Shown here: positions 12,502-25,997 of the stretch, piece by piece
Layout: every line of letters starts with the position of its first letter
Position numbering within the stretch: position 1 is the first letter of the stretch
Source: Mobula hypostoma
Taxonomy: Eukaryota
Direction of reading: 5' to 3'
Assembly (NCBI RefSeq): GCF_963921235.1
Contig: NC_086109.1
Span: forward strand, 14,448,001-14,512,000
Length of the DNA stretch: 64,000 nucleotides
The notes under the pieces: model-generated
The model's input: the letters and a program-made list of their open reading frames with translations, nothing else
What the model was told of the DNA's origin: nothing
Database searches by the model: none
Translations under genes and position numbers: made by a program

Positions 12502-13837
12502 CTGGTCATGGGAAGGGAAGGGGATTGGGAAGAATCGCAAAAAGAAGATTTCTATCCCATGAAAACCAATGGTTTTGCCACAAAAACTTTCACTATTTTG
12601 TTTTAAATAATTGAGTCACAGTGTCTTACATTTGACCCACCCTGACCATATTGATCGTCAAGTATTTATCTATAATAATTGTGTTTACCAGCACTGGGTC
12701 TATCACTTTCTATACCTTGGCAATTCAAGTGCCTGTCGAGACACGCTTTAATGTTTGTGAAGAGTCTTTGCCTCTGGGTGAAAAAAAGTCCTTCCTGAGA
12801 TCCCCTTAAACCTTTAACATTTTACCTTAAACCTACTCTACTATCAACTTCCAGACAACCCTGGTATGAATGTTTTCTGCTGCACACATTTTTTAATTCA
12901 TTGAAATTAAGCTCCTCAGCTGATTTGGAGTCCAAATGCCTGTCCAGCTGGGTTATTGAAATATTTTAACTGTATCTGCCTCTACCACATCCTCATACAG
13001 GATCCCACCCAGACTTGCCACATTGAGCACGCTCTGTGTGGAAAAACTTGCCCCCTCCTATATCCTTTAAATTTCTCCACTCCAAATTAAATCCATACCC
13101 TCGAGTTATATTGATACTGGTTCACTATTGTCACGTGCACCAAGATACAGTGAAAAGCTGGTCTTGCATACTGTTCATACAGATCAAATCATGACCTGGA
13201 GCACTGAGGTAGAACAAGGTAAAACAATAACAGAGCAGAATAAAGTGTAACAGCTACAGATGAAGTGCAGTGCGGGACACAATAAAGTTTGAGATCATAA
13301 TGATGCAGATTGTGGGGTGAAGAGACCATCTTGTTGTACTAGGGAACCATTTAATCGACTTATTACAGTGGAGTAGAAGCCGACCTTGAGCCAAGTGGTA
13401 CGTGCTTTTAGTTTGTTGTGTCTTTTCTGGATGAGAGAGGAGTGAAGAAAATGTACAGGGTGAATGGGGGCTTTGGTTAAGTTAACTGCTTTGCTGAGGC
13501 AGCGAGAAGTGTAGACAGAGTCCGTACAGGGAGGGTGGTTTCCATGACGTGCTGAGCTGTGTCCACAACTTTCTGCAGTTTATTGTGGTCATGTGCAGAG
13601 CAGTTACCATACCAAGCCATTATGCATCCAATCTATGCCTGTCATGATTTTATAAACCCCCATAAGATCACCTTTGGGCTTCCTACATTCCTATCAGATC
13701 CAGTTGATTTAATCTTTCTGTATGACCACAACCCTCCATCCCAGGCAACATCCTTGAATCTTTTCTGCATTCTCTCTCAGGTTACCACTTCCTCTGGGTA
13801 AACGTGCTGACCACAGCAGTGAATGCCCTCAACATAC

Positions 13838-14032
13838 CGTGACTCGCCGAACATTGGGTTTTGGGCTGCTGCTATCCATAGTTGCCAGCAGTCCAGATGT
13901 CAAGGTCAGGCTGCGCCTCTTGTTTTGGCCTCGTAGCGATCCATTCTGATGCCTCTTCATGCGCTCAGCCTGCTCCTCCACACTCATCTTGGATTTGGTA
14001 TCATTTGAGTGTGTGCTGTTCCTCGCCTTTTC
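13838..14032 (-). CDS. PLEKHA6: PLEKHA6 exon EKARNSTHSNDTKSKMSVEEQAERMKRHQNGSLRGQNKRRSL...NVRRVT
   Basis: ccttttaacag|GAA...ACG|gtatgt; 195 nt, phase 0-0; conserved KMSVEEQ. Confidence 0.93.
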
Positions 14033-14444
14033 CTGTTAAAAGGACAAAAAGACAAGTCAGCGTGGTGGGGAGAAGAGGAATGGGCACAAACACACGAAAC
14101 AGGTCAACTGGGGCAGAAGCCAGTGGTTCATCCGATGATTCAGAGTTATAGACTATTAAGACCATTTCACTCGTTAACAGTTGGAACTACTCAGCAGGTT
14201 TCCAAGATTACTTTTTGAGATTATTTCACTGTTTTACTATCGTGCCAATTCATTGAGGGAGTTCAATGGCTGAAGCCCTACTCCAATACTTCATAACACT
14301 CAATTAAATCTTGCTGAAACTCCATCTTGCCAGAGCAGACTTGATGGGAGGAATGTTTTAATTCTGCTCCTATGTCTTATGGTCTTACCTCCACCTTCCA
14401 GCCTGAGATCTGTAAATGAATAAAGCCTCTACCCATCTCAGTTT

Positions 14445-14780
14445 TAGTCACAGTCATACTTTAATGATCCCGGGGGAAATTGGTTTTCATTACAGTTGCA
14501 CCATAAATAATTAAATAGTAATAAAACCATAAATAGTTAAATAGTAATACGTAAGTGTGTAAATTATGCCAGGAAATAAGTCCATGACCAGCCTATTGGC
14601 TCAGGGTGTCTGACCCTCCAAGTTGTAAAGTTTGATGGCCACAGGCAGGAATGACTTCCTATGACACTCTATGTTGCATCTCGGTGGAATGAGTCTCTGG
14701 CTGAATGAACTCCTGCGCCCAACCAGTACATTATGTAGTGGATGGGAGACATTGTCCAAGACAGCATGCAACTTGGACAT
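14445..14780 (-). mobile_element. Second copy of the same Rex1/Babar-type LINE, inverted
   Basis: Reverse complement closely matches 47545-47890. Confidence 0.85.
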
Positions 14781-14874
14781 CTTATCTCATCTTATTTCAT
14801 CCTCATCTATTTAAATGGGGTGCAGAATGGTGGGGGAAAGTGTTCCCTATAAAGCTTCCTGACATCATCCCAAA

Positions 14875-15270
14875 AGGCCCGACTTCCCTACAGCTTGTCT
14901 CCCTCCAACCCCTTCTGAGTCACAGAACCAGACTTAGTGCGAGAGACCTGACCACTGTGGCTTTCCTCTGCTAGGTCATCCCCTGAGCAATGTCCAAAGC
15001 GAGATGCCTGTTGTTCAGGGGTACTCTGCACTAGCTGCCTGTCTCTTTTCCCTTGCTGACGGTCACCCATATACCTGTGTAACTACCCCTCTGTACATCC
15101 AGTTGATCAACCCCTCAGCCTCCTGAATGAACCTGAGATCATCCAGTTCCAGCTCCAATTCATTAACGTGGTCTGAAAGAAGCTGCAGCTGGATGCCTTT
15201 CTTGCAGGTGTAGTCGTAGGGTCACTGGGCATCTCTCTGCCATCCCACAAGAGGCGCATTTCACTATCCA
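14875..15270 (-). mobile_element. CR1 ORF1 remnant
   Basis: Minus-strand frames read IQLQLLSDHVNELELELDDLRFIQEAEG and RQLVQSTP...GDDLAEESHSGQ, typical of fish CR1 ORF1. Confidence 0.7.
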
Positions 15271-15354
15271 GGTAATGGAAAGATTTGAAACTATAAACCT
15301 TGCTGAATGACATTAATGGCCTTCAGATGCTGAAATTAGTTCTTGAACACCAGA

Positions 15355-15545
15355 AGAGCAGACACAAACTGCTGGAGGAACTCAGCAGGTGGGAATAAAC
15401 AGCAGATGTTTCAAGTGAATCCTAATGAAGAGTCTCGGCCTAAAACATCGGCTGCTTATTCCCCTCCATAGATACTGCCGGACCTGCTGAGTTCCTCGAG
15501 TATTTCATGTGTATTCCTCTGGATTTCCAGCATTTTCAGAATCAC
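15355..15545. mobile_element. PLE-derived hairpin element, decayed hammerhead (cctaatgaagagtctcggcctaaaac)
   Basis: Inverted arms gaggaactcagcaggt / acctgctgagttcctc. Confidence 0.75.
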
Positions 15546-15902
15546 GTGCTCTTGAACAACATCCCATGATGAACCTATATACTAATCCCACATAGGTAAG
15601 CCAATAGAAACTAGAAAGACATTATAATATTTATTCGAGCAAACAGAAATTCTCATCGCTTTAACTCATAACAAATAATGCTACCTTTACTGATAAGTGT
15701 CCTGAAGAATATGTGTTCATTTGCAAGTAGAGTGACCTCTAGGATTACAGTGAAGTTGCAAAGTTAGAAAACTGTTCATATCATGATATTCTATAAAGTA
15801 AACCCTTGACGAAAATTAACAAGGTTTGTTGTTTCTTGCGTAAAATTGTATTTACTTAAACTTTTCTTTCTCACATAAATTCCCTAAGCATGTGCTTTTA
15901 TC

Positions 15903-18415
15903 TCATAAGACCATACGAGACAGGAGCAGAATTGGGCCACTCGGCTCTTCAAGTTTGCTCCGCCATTCTATAATGGCTGATTTATTATCCCTCTCAACTT
16001 CATTCTCCTGACTTCTCACTGAAACCTTTGATGCCCTGACCGGCCAAAAATGTATCAACCTCTGCTTTAAATATACTCAATGACAACCTCCACAGCCATC
16101 CAAGGCAATGAATTCCACAGATTCGCCTCCTTCTGGCTAAAGAAATTCCTTCTCATCTCTGTTCTAAATGAATATTCTTCTTTTCTGAGGCTGTACCCTG
16201 TGGTCCTCGACTCACCGACTATAGGAAACAATCTCTACACATCCACTCTGCCTAGGCCTTTTAAAATTTGATAGGTTTCAATGAGATTCCCCCTTCATTC
16301 TTCTAAACTCCAGCAAGTACAGGCCCAAAGCAATCAGACACGCCTCATACGTTAACCTTTCCAATCACGGAATTATTCCCATAAACCTCCTCTGGAGCCT
16401 CTCCAATGCCAGCACATCTTTTTTTTAGATAAGGGGCCTAAAACTGCTCACAATGTTTTACAAGCGTGGTCTTACCACTGCCTTATAAAGCTTCAGCATC
16501 ATATTCTTACTCTTATATTCTGATCGTCTCAAGATGAATGCCAACATTGCATTTGCCTTTCTTACTACCTACTCAACCTACGTGAATCCTGCACAAGGAC
16601 TCCCAAACCCTTTTGCACCTCTGATTTTTGAATCTTTCCCCCATTTAGAAAATAATCTACATCTTTATTCCTTTCACCTAAGTGCATGACCATACACTTC
16701 CCTTAACTATGTTCCATCTGCCACTTCTTTGCCCATTCTCTCAATCTGTCCTTCTGCAGACTTGCTGCTCCCACAGCACTACCTGCCCCTCCTTCTATCT
16801 TTGTATTGTTTGCAAAACTGGCTATAAAACTATCAATTCTGTCAACCAAATCATTGACATATAATGTGAAAATAAGTGGTCCCAATACTGGCCTCTACGG
16901 AACACCACTAGTTACCAGTGTCAACTAGAAATGGCCCCTTTATTCCCACTCTTTGCCTCCTGCCAATCAGCCAATCTTTTATCCATGTTAGTATTTTCCT
17001 GTCATACCATGGGCTCTTATCTTGTTTAGCAGCCTGATCTGCGGCACCTTGCAAGGGTCTTTTGAAAATCCAAGTGAACAACTGACTCTCCTTTGACTAT
17101 CCTGCTTGTTATTTGCTCAAATAATTCCAACAGATTTGTCAGGCAAGATTTCTCCTTAAGGAAAGCATGCTGACTTTGACCCATTTTATCATGTGCCTCC
17201 AAGTGTCCCAGCCAGCTGGTGGCATAGTGGGATCAGCGCCGAACTTTGCAGCGAAGTTTTCCGAGTTCAAATTCAGCTGGCTCCCTTGCACACTTTCCAT
17301 CCGTGCTGGGTTGAGCGTCGAGCTAACAACTCGGCCTCATAAAAATAAGAAAGCCTGCTAAAAAAACGCTGTCATGACGGCGTCCCGATGACTCCACTCA
17401 GAGTTAAGGGTCCCGCAACCTCATCCTTAAAAATGGTTCCAACATTTTCCCTAATACTGAAGTCAGGTTACTTTCCTATAATTTTCTCGCTCCCTTCTCA
17501 AAAAGTGGAATAACATTTGCAATTATCCACTCTTTCGGAACCATTTCAGAACCTGGTGATTCTTGAAAGATTGTTACTAATGTCTCCACAATGTCTTCAG
17601 CTATTTCTTTCAGAATGCTGGGATATAATACTGGTGACTTCTCTACCTTCAGACTTTCCAGCTTCGCAAGCACCTTTTCCTTAATAATATAACTACATTC
17701 ACTTCTGCCCCTGATGCTCTTGAACTTCTGGCATACTGAAAAATACTTATTAAGTTTGTCCGCCAATTTTTTGTCACTCATTGCCATTTTCCAGTGGTCC
17801 AATATCTACTCTCGCCTCTCTTTTACTCTTTATATATCTGAAAAAACTTATAGTATCCTCTTTGATATTATTGGTTAGCTTTCCTTAATATTTCATCTTT
17901 TCTTTCATTATGTTATTTTAGTTGCCTTCTGTTGATTTTTGAAAACTTTCCAATCCTTTTATTTCCCAATAATTTTTGCTATATTGTATGCCCTTGCTTT
18001 TGCTTGTATGCTGTCTTTGACTTCCCTTGTCAGCCATGGTTGTCTCATCCTCCCTTTAAAATACTTTTTCATCTTTGTGCTTTATCTATCCTACGCCTTC
18101 CAAATTCCTCCCAGAAATGTCAACCATTGCTGTCTGCCATCATCCGTGCCAGTGTCTTCTTCCAATCAACTTTAGGCAGCTCCTCTCTCATTCCTCTGTA
18201 ATTCTCTTTACTCCACTGTAATACTGATACATCTGACTTTATTTTCTTCCTCTCAATCTGCAGGGAGAATTCTATCATATTTTGATCACTGCCTCACAAG
18301 GGTTCCTTTACCTTAGGCTCCCTAATCAAGTCTGCTTAATTACACAACAATTAATCCAGAATTGCCTATCCCTTAGTGACCTCAAATCCAAGCTGATCTA
18401 AAAAGCCATTGATTA
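15903..18415 (-). mobile_element. CR1-clade LINE, ~2.5 kb, degraded
   Basis: Fragments GPLIFTLYVNDL...FANNTKI and WIIANVIPLFEKG; 3' UTR similar to 39884-40240; interrupted by a SINE. Confidence 0.9.
17210..17409 (+). mobile_element. tRNA-headed SINE with RTE-like body, inserted in CR1; second copy at ~62560-62769 (-)
   Basis: A-box tggcatagtgg, B-box gagttcaaattc; flanked by GTCCC (17205-17209 and 17410-17414); shared core ccatccgtgctgggttgagc(g/a)tcgagcta. Confidence 0.8.
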
Positions 18416-18533
18416 GGCCATTCAAAACTAAATTTATTTGATTAAAAAATTGCAAGTTTTCATCTTTTAGGTTAAGAATAGAAAAGGTAACTGTGGAGGA
18501 TGAGGATCAATTACAAGCCACTTTCTCACTTAC

Positions 18534-18643
18534 TCTCGTCAGGAATTCAGAGTTAGTTTTATCGCTGCTCCGGACCGTAAGACTGGATGGAGTCGGAGAC
18601 ACATCTTCTGGAGGCGACTTGGTCCTTGGAGGGACAACACCTA
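18534..18643 (-). CDS. PLEKHA6: PLEKHA6 exon (V)GVVPPRTKSPPEDVSPTPSSLTVRSSDKTNSEFLTR
   Basis: ggttctacag|TA GGT...AGA|gtaagt; 110 nt, phase 1-0; conserved VGVVPPRTKSP. Confidence 0.93.
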
Positions 18644-19834
18644 CTGTAGAACCAAAATGGAAAATGGATCAGAAAACACTGTCTGCTCTAGACTGAGTGT
18701 TCACAAAAAAATATCCTGTGCATGTAAAGAGTGAAATTCTACAAATGATTCCGTTCTCATAACTTGGACAGGATACCTACGTATAGCATTCATTTCTTCC
18801 CAGTAGATTTTTTTTTATTATTCATTCACCTGTGGGGTGAGGACATGATTGGATTTATGGTGCATCCCTAAGTGCCCCTGAGGAATAGTTAAGAGGAAAT
18901 AACCTTGCTGGGTCTGGAGTCATCTATGACCAGAGTGGACAGGACAGCAGATTTCCTTGAAAAGAGAAAAAAAAAACTGCAGGTGCTGGAAATCTGAAAT
19001 AAAAATAGAAAATGCTTGGAACACTCAGCAGTGTGACACTGCCTGACTACTGCACCGGTGAGTCAGAATTAGTTAAACATTCAGTCTAGCTCACATTCTA
19101 CACAGCACGGCAGTGTAACGCACCAGCTGAAAGATTGGGGTTTGAATCACATCTTTCTCTGTAAAGTTTTTCTACATACTCCTTGTGACCATGTGGGTTT
19201 CCTCCCACATTCCAAAGACATTAATAAGCTGTGTGTATGCTATGTTGGCACTGGAAGCGTGGTGACACTTGCACAGCCCAACGTAAAGGACATGTTTCAC
19301 TGTATGTTTGAATGCACATGTGACAAATAAAGCTAATCTTTCATCTACTTCCATCTGACACAAACCAGAAGTGCTGCTGATCAGAGGTGCCTGGTGCATT
19401 ATCCTGTGATTGTTATTGCTGAGTTTCACATTCATTAACTCATTCACACTGAGCACTCAATTTAGATATTCTTACTCACATGCTAACCCTTCTGCTTAAA
19501 CATACCTTCTTCAGCCTGACACAAAGTTGCTTACAGATTCTTAATTCCTACATCTCTCTCCTTCCACAGCAATGACTCTGCCTTTGACTCTTACGACTGT
19601 AAATTCTGCAATCACTTGGTAAATTGATTTATTATTGTCACACGTACCAAGGTACAGTGAAATATTTGTCTTGAATACCATCCATATAGTTAATTTCATT
19701 ACAGCAGTGCATTGAGGATATCAGAATGCACCATAAAGTGTTACAGTTACAGAGAAAGTGCAATGCAGGCAAACAATATGGTACAAGGCCATAACAAGGT
19801 AGGCTGTGAGGTCAGGAGTCCTTCCCCGAACATC

Positions 19835-20161
19835 TATACCTCTTCTTCCTCAGCTAGTGTTTGGTGCAGCAATGAAGGTCCCCCATCTCTGTCTGTCCTT
19901 GGCCACTCAGACATGGAAGGATTCTTCATTGCTGCTTCTGTAACAGTTTTACCAGCCAGGGTTATTAGGCCTGAGCTGAACCCGCGAACCTGGAGGACCA
20001 ATGGACCACACTTAGTCTGACCTCTACCCTTTGACCTGTTTGGCATGGGCAACTCTACCAAGAGCCAAAGCATAAAGCCCTGACTCCAGCCAACATAGCT
20101 CTCTGGGTCACTGAGGCACCAAAGCCTCCAAACTACGACAAGGTTGTGGTCCCCTTGGAGG
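19835..20161 (-). mobile_element. Non-autonomous RTE-derived element (5' UTR plus 3' end); second copy at ~58564-58965 (+)
   Basis: Both copies begin cctccaag(g/a)ggaccacaacc and share gagagctatgttggctggagtca; RTE/Expander-like 5' UTR (recalled similarity). Confidence 0.72.
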
Positions 20162-21098
20162 TTCCGCCAGTAAGATTCTCCATTATATCTCTTGACTTTT
20201 CACCATCTGCCGTAATATCCACTCAAGTGATTCAAGATGTGCCCCAAAGATGTAGCCGGTAGTTTCATCGGTCATTGTAAATTGTCCTGCGATTAAGTTA
20301 GGTTTAATTGGGTTTGTCAGGAGGCACATCACAAAGGGCCAGAAGGGCCTATTCCACAGCGTACTGCCAAATAAACAAGTAAAAATAAATAAGTTGAAAT
20401 TGAACCCGCATCTACCACTTCTATTGGCAGAGCTTTCCTATTAAAAGCCTCAACTTATTTTAATTCTGTGCTTCAGTATTGAATTAATTATTTGAGACGC
20501 TCTTGTAAGATGGTAACAGCTTATCTCCCATTAAAAAAAATCTTGGCAAGGGCAGCAAAAGTACTGGACACCAGCACATGGAAGTTGACCTCCAAGCCAC
20601 ACACTGTCCTGACTTGGAAATACATCATCATTCATTCACTGTTGCTGGGTCAGAGTCCTGGATCTCCCTCCCCGACAGCATGCCTCCCTAGCTATGCGGG
20701 TGGCATTTTAGCACAGCAGTTAGCGTAACGTTTTACAGCACCAACGGTCGTTCAGTAGACCTGAGTTCAATTGCCGCCGGCATTTGTAAATTCTCCCTAT
20801 GACCATGCAGGCTTCCTCTGGTGCTCTGGTTTCCTCCCACATTCCAAAGACGTACGGGTTAAGAACGGTAAGTTGAGGCACGTTATGTTGGCACTGGAAG
20901 CGAGGCTACTCCCCAACACAATCCTTGGACTTTGTTGATTAATGACACAAAAGCACATTTCACAGGATGTTTTGATGTACACATGACAAATAAAGATAAT
21001 ATTTATCTTTATCTCAGTGTACTTTTGCAATGAAATGATTTGTATGGATGGCATGCAAAACAAAGTCTTTCTCTGTACCTTGGTACATGAAACAATAA

Positions 21099-21263
21099 TA
21101 AACCAATTTATCAAACCAGAATAGTAAGCCTATGCTCTACTTCACATTTGGGAATATTAAACCAATTTACTAAATCAGAATAGAAATCCTACGTTCTGCT
21201 TCACATTTGGCAATACTAAACCAATTTACCAAATCAGAATAGTAAGCTGATGTCCTGCTTCCA
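21099..21263. repeat. 59-bp tandem repeat, ~2.8 copies
   Basis: Units start TAAACCAATTTA at 21099, 21158 and 21217. Confidence 0.9.
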
Positions 21264-21442
21264 CGGTAGAATATTTTTAATCTTTAATCTCAAAGGGATC
21301 TCACCACTGCATATTCGAGGGCAAGCAGGGATGGGTATTAAATGCTGGCTCAGTCTGTGAATTCATTGAATGAAAAGCAAACACTGAACCCTACATCTCT
21401 TGATCTGTGGACATCTGCCCAATGATGCCTGGCAGACGATAC

Positions 21443-21557
21443 CTTTGTTCTGCTTTTCCACTTCTGTCTCCTGCTTACTTTGTCCCATGCTGCCTTCGGA
21501 GCTTTGCTGCAACACTGGGAGCTCCTCCTTCCGGGAACCATCAAAACCCGACTTCTG
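21443..21557 (-). CDS. PLEKHA6: PLEKHA6 exon QKSGFDGSRKEELPVLQQSSEGSMGQSKQETEVEKQNK
   Basis: tttccgtccag|CAG AAG...AAA G|gtatcg; 115 nt, phase 0-1. Confidence 0.85.
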
Positions 21558-24057
21558 CTGGACGGAAACACAAGAATGTATCAGCACTGTGATATCCGAT
21601 AGGTGACCGTGGCCCCAGCACAGGGGGCTGCTTGGTTGAAGAAAGTGGCAGAGAGCTGGAAGGGGGTTACTGAACAATGCAATATGCCCAGTTCTGTGGG
21701 GGTATGGTTGAAGTTGGGCGAGATCCAGAGGAACACTGCTTTTCCCTGACCAGTTAGAGAGGGCTCGAAGAGTTTGGGTAATTGCAAAGGGCAGGGGTTA
21801 AATAAAGCTCCTCTCAAACCCTCAGATACGAATTCAGATCTCTAAAATTATAGCAGAAAGTTCTATACCCACCCCCCAACTATCTCTACTTGATCATTTC
21901 TTGTCTGAGTCACCTTATATATAGATACTCCTGTACCTAACGTCACTTTATGGATGTACAATCAATGTACGTATATAAGCTATCTAACATATTTATATTT
22001 ATTGCTTTTTTTAAAAGTTATTGTGTACTCTATTTTATTGCGATTTTTGTCCTGTATCAGATCTGGAGTTACAATCATCTCCTTGTGTACTGGAAGTGAC
22101 ATTAAACAATCTTTAATTGAATAGAATATAAAATTCAGCTGCAGAGATGCAAATTCCTTGTTTGCTTATGTACTATTTAATGTGCTGGAAGCCTGTGTTT
22201 GTAACCAGTTACAGGAGTTTCAATTCATTTGTTGAATTTAAGTACAAAGAAAGAATTGCGAATCTCAACTAAGTTACCCATGGGAGAGAGATGTCATTGT
22301 GTAAATTTCACTTTTTTTTTCCCCTGGGAAATTCTCATCTCTTGGGATTAATAATCCTTACTCCTGCCCAGTTGTATCTAGTGTCAGACTTTTAATAGGG
22401 GCCGGGAGCACTCTTGCATATTGTACTGGCAGGAGGCTGAACTCCCAGCAAGAATGTTTCTAAATCAACACAAGTTGAGGCCTCCTTAGTCTAGTGAGGA
22501 TGCTGAAGTTGGCCTCAGTGCCAATGGTTGTGGGATAGAAGTGTGAGAAAGATGTTGGGGAGGATTGGTCCTGGAACTTCTGCTGGATATGTCAATGCCA
22601 CGGGGGTTGAAGGGTCTTCAGTTTAGTCCAGGGACCGTAATGATGCAGTTGAACCTCACTGCTGTGACAACTTGGTGGGATGCCATAGGACTAAAGGAAA
22701 TGGGCAGATAACATTCACATTACTGTCATTTCATACCAGACAGGGCAAACTTACAAAGCCCATATATCCCGGCTGGTATGTCTAATTCTAATCTATTAAG
22801 GACAAGCAGGACACTCGAAACACTGGAGTGATTGGCAACACTCAAGAGCTAACAGTTCATTTGCCTTGCAGTGTGTTGTAGCCAAGGAGAAGGGTGCAAT
22901 CCCCCTGGCGTATAATTTTTAATTTTTTTTTATCAATGAGATATAGCGCAGAAAAGGCCCTTTCGGCCCTTCGAGACACGTCGCCCGGTAATCCCCAGAT
23001 TTAATCCTAGCCTAGTCCATGGGACAATTTACAATGACCAATTAACCTACCAACCATCACGTCTTTGGACTGTGGGAGGAAACCGGAGCACCCAGAGGAA
23101 ACCCACACGGTCAGGCAGAGAACGTAACACGTCCGCTCTCTGCATTCCCCCCACCCCCACTCCAGAGGATGAACAAGTTGGAGGCAAGATGTTGATCAGC
23201 ACTCTTTTTATCCTCTCCATGTCATTGCCAGAAGCTGCAGAGGAAGAGATTTAGTGAATCTGCACTGGACAGAGATGGACAGTGTTATGGTGCACATGGG
23301 CCCTGCTTCCCGACCACAGGTTACATGGAACTGCTCTCACAGCCCCACTCAACACATCAAACTTGCCTGTTTCAAGAGACAACATTTTTTTTGTAAGTCA
23401 CACAATAGATCTGAATGGGATACACCAAAAACACCAGACTGGCCACCAAATATAGAGGCATGAAATAAGGAGTCTCCAGTCGGTTTGTGACTGTTTCGTG
23501 TTTCTGTTCAATCCACACCCTGTGCTGACTGACCTACTCCGACACAAGGATTGGCAATTCAAAATCTGCATCCCTCTATACCCTCATTGATACCTGCAAT
23601 CCCCGCCCCACAACCATCTATGAAACTGCAGTCCTTTATTTAGCCTTCTGAATATAATCATTTCACAAATGCTCAGCCTCCAAGTGCTAAGACCCCAAGC
23701 TCTGGAAGTGCCACCCCCCTTAACTGCTTTCCATCTTTGAGACACTCCTTCAAATTCAACTCATGGAACAAGCCTTCTGCAAATCTTCTCATTTGGTTTG
23801 GAGTTAAACATTATTTAATAGTCCTCCATTGAAATGGCCTGGATGTTTTTACTTTGTTAAAGTCACTACATAAATGCAAGTTATTATTGTTACATCAGAA
23901 AAAACTATTTCATTTGTAACACTTCGCAATCACTCCATAACTTAAAAAGGTAAGCACTAATCTATGAATGGTACACAGATTAGGAGAACCATACAACACA
24001 GCAACAAGTCCTGATGAAGGGTCTCCGCCTGAAACATTGATGGTTCATTTCCTTCTA

Positions 24058-24598
24058 GAGTTCTGGTTGCCCCACTGCAGGAAGGATGTCGAGGCTTCGG
24101 AGAGGGTGCAGAAGAGGCTCACTGGGGTGCTGCCTGGTTTAGAGGATATGTGTTATCATGAGAGGCTGGATAAACTTGGGTTGTTTTCTCTGGAGTGTCA
24201 GAGGCTGAGGGGGGGGAGATCTGATAGAGATTTACAAGATTATGAGAGGCACAGAGAGTATCTGTTTCCCAGAGCTGGGGTGGCGAGTACCAGAGGTGAT
24301 GCATTGAAGGTGAGAGGGGGTAGGTTCAAGGGGGATGTGAGGGATAAGTTTTTTACTGAGAGAGTGGTGGATGCCTGGAATGCGCTGCCTGGTATGGTGG
24401 TAGAGGCAACTACATTAGAGGCTTTTAAGATACTTTTGGATAGGCACATGAATGTGAAGAGTAGATGGAGGGATACAGACATGGTGTAGGTAGGAGGGAT
24501 TAATTCTTGGGTGATTTTGATTTGCTTTTTAGCTGGGTCAGTACAACGCTGTGGGCTGAATGGCCTGTCCTTGTGCTGTACTGTTCTATGCTCTATGT
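24058..24598 (+). mobile_element. CR1 3' fragment
   Basis: FWLPHCRKDVEASERVQKRLT...ERLDKLGLFSLE...FFTERVVDAWNALP. Confidence 0.88.
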
Positions 24599-25997
24599 TA
24601 ACGATGCTGTTTGACTGCTGTGTTCCTCCGGCGTTTTGTGTGTGTTGAACACAGAAACGGTCTCAAGCACTCACTTACACTAATCCTGTTCTCCCTACAT
24701 TCCCATCAACACCCTCCAGATCTTATCTCCCACTTACATGCTAGGGGTAATTTACCTACCAACTTACACCGCTGGGACTTGGGAGGAAATTGAAGTACCT
24801 GGGGGAAGCCCGTGTGCTTACAGAAAGAATGTGCAGCGGAAGTCAGGAATGAACCTGGCTCAGTGGAACTGTGAGGTACGACACCACCCCCCCCCCGCCC
24901 GTGACACCCAAATCTCGTGTGAAACTTCAACTTTACAGACACACCAAGCACCATCATCAACTTCACTGAAATGTCCATAGCATGAGAAAATACAGTCACC
25001 TTAGGAGCTCCCTTCGCAAGGCAAAATTAAAATATAGTCTGCATAAAAACATCCTCAATAATAAAAGGATTTTTATCTCTGAAAACCATTTTTTAATTAT
25101 TGCCGTATCCTTCAATTATTCTTGTATCAATGCAGTGTTCTGAGGGCTAATATATTATTGATGCAAAAAAGAACATTTAAAGAAATGCTTAATATTTCAT
25201 GAACATTTAGAGGAATACTTATTATTCTGTGACAATCTAATTAAGTCTAATAAAACGGTCCATTGCCTTTAGCACCAAACCCCTTTATGCAGTGACTATC
25301 GTGAGTCAGAATACTGTAACCCAAACTGCATTGAACCAATGAGTTATGGAGTCGGCACGGTTTTTATGTAAGGATTGGACCAACTGATTTGTGCTCAGCA
25401 GATTTCCATCAGCGGTGAGTTGTGAAAATCACCGGATCAGTAGAGGGATAAATGCTTTTCTTTGGACTAGTGCCTTGGGATTTTTTAGGTCTGGAGGAGG
25501 GCTTGCATTCGTGCTCGTCTGAAAGATGACAACTACAAGAATGCAGAACTCCCTGAGTTTGAGCTACTGAACCATAGTTCAAAGTTCAAAGTAAATTTAT
25601 TATCAAAGTACATATACGTCACCTGGGATTCATTTTCTTGTGGTCATACTCAATAAATCTATAGAATAATAACCATAACAGGATCAATGAATGACCGCCC
25701 AAGTTGACACATGACTAACCCACAGTGACTTAAATTTCATCTTAAAGGTAACCTCCCTAGGCACAAAGTATGTTTGAAGGTACAAGGTACTGTCCATTGG
25801 GTGTTTTGCACACTTCGGTTGGAGATGGACATGAACAGCCACTGCCATTTTGTCACCCTGAGAGTTTGATGTCAGTGCTGAATCTCGTTGGTTCCCTACA
25901 ACTTATTTCATGCCTCAAGATCATGAGCAGGACTGACACAGATGGGAAACCACAAGACTCGGGAGTGATGTAGACAGTGGCCTGGTGAGCCACTTAC

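Noticed and set aside
21099..21263. CRISPR-like periodicity
   Set aside because: Whole units are homologous with no unique spacers, and the DNA is eukaryotic.
22440..22690. Exon-like segment after a good acceptor (catttcctttag)
   Set aside because: Stops in all three frames.
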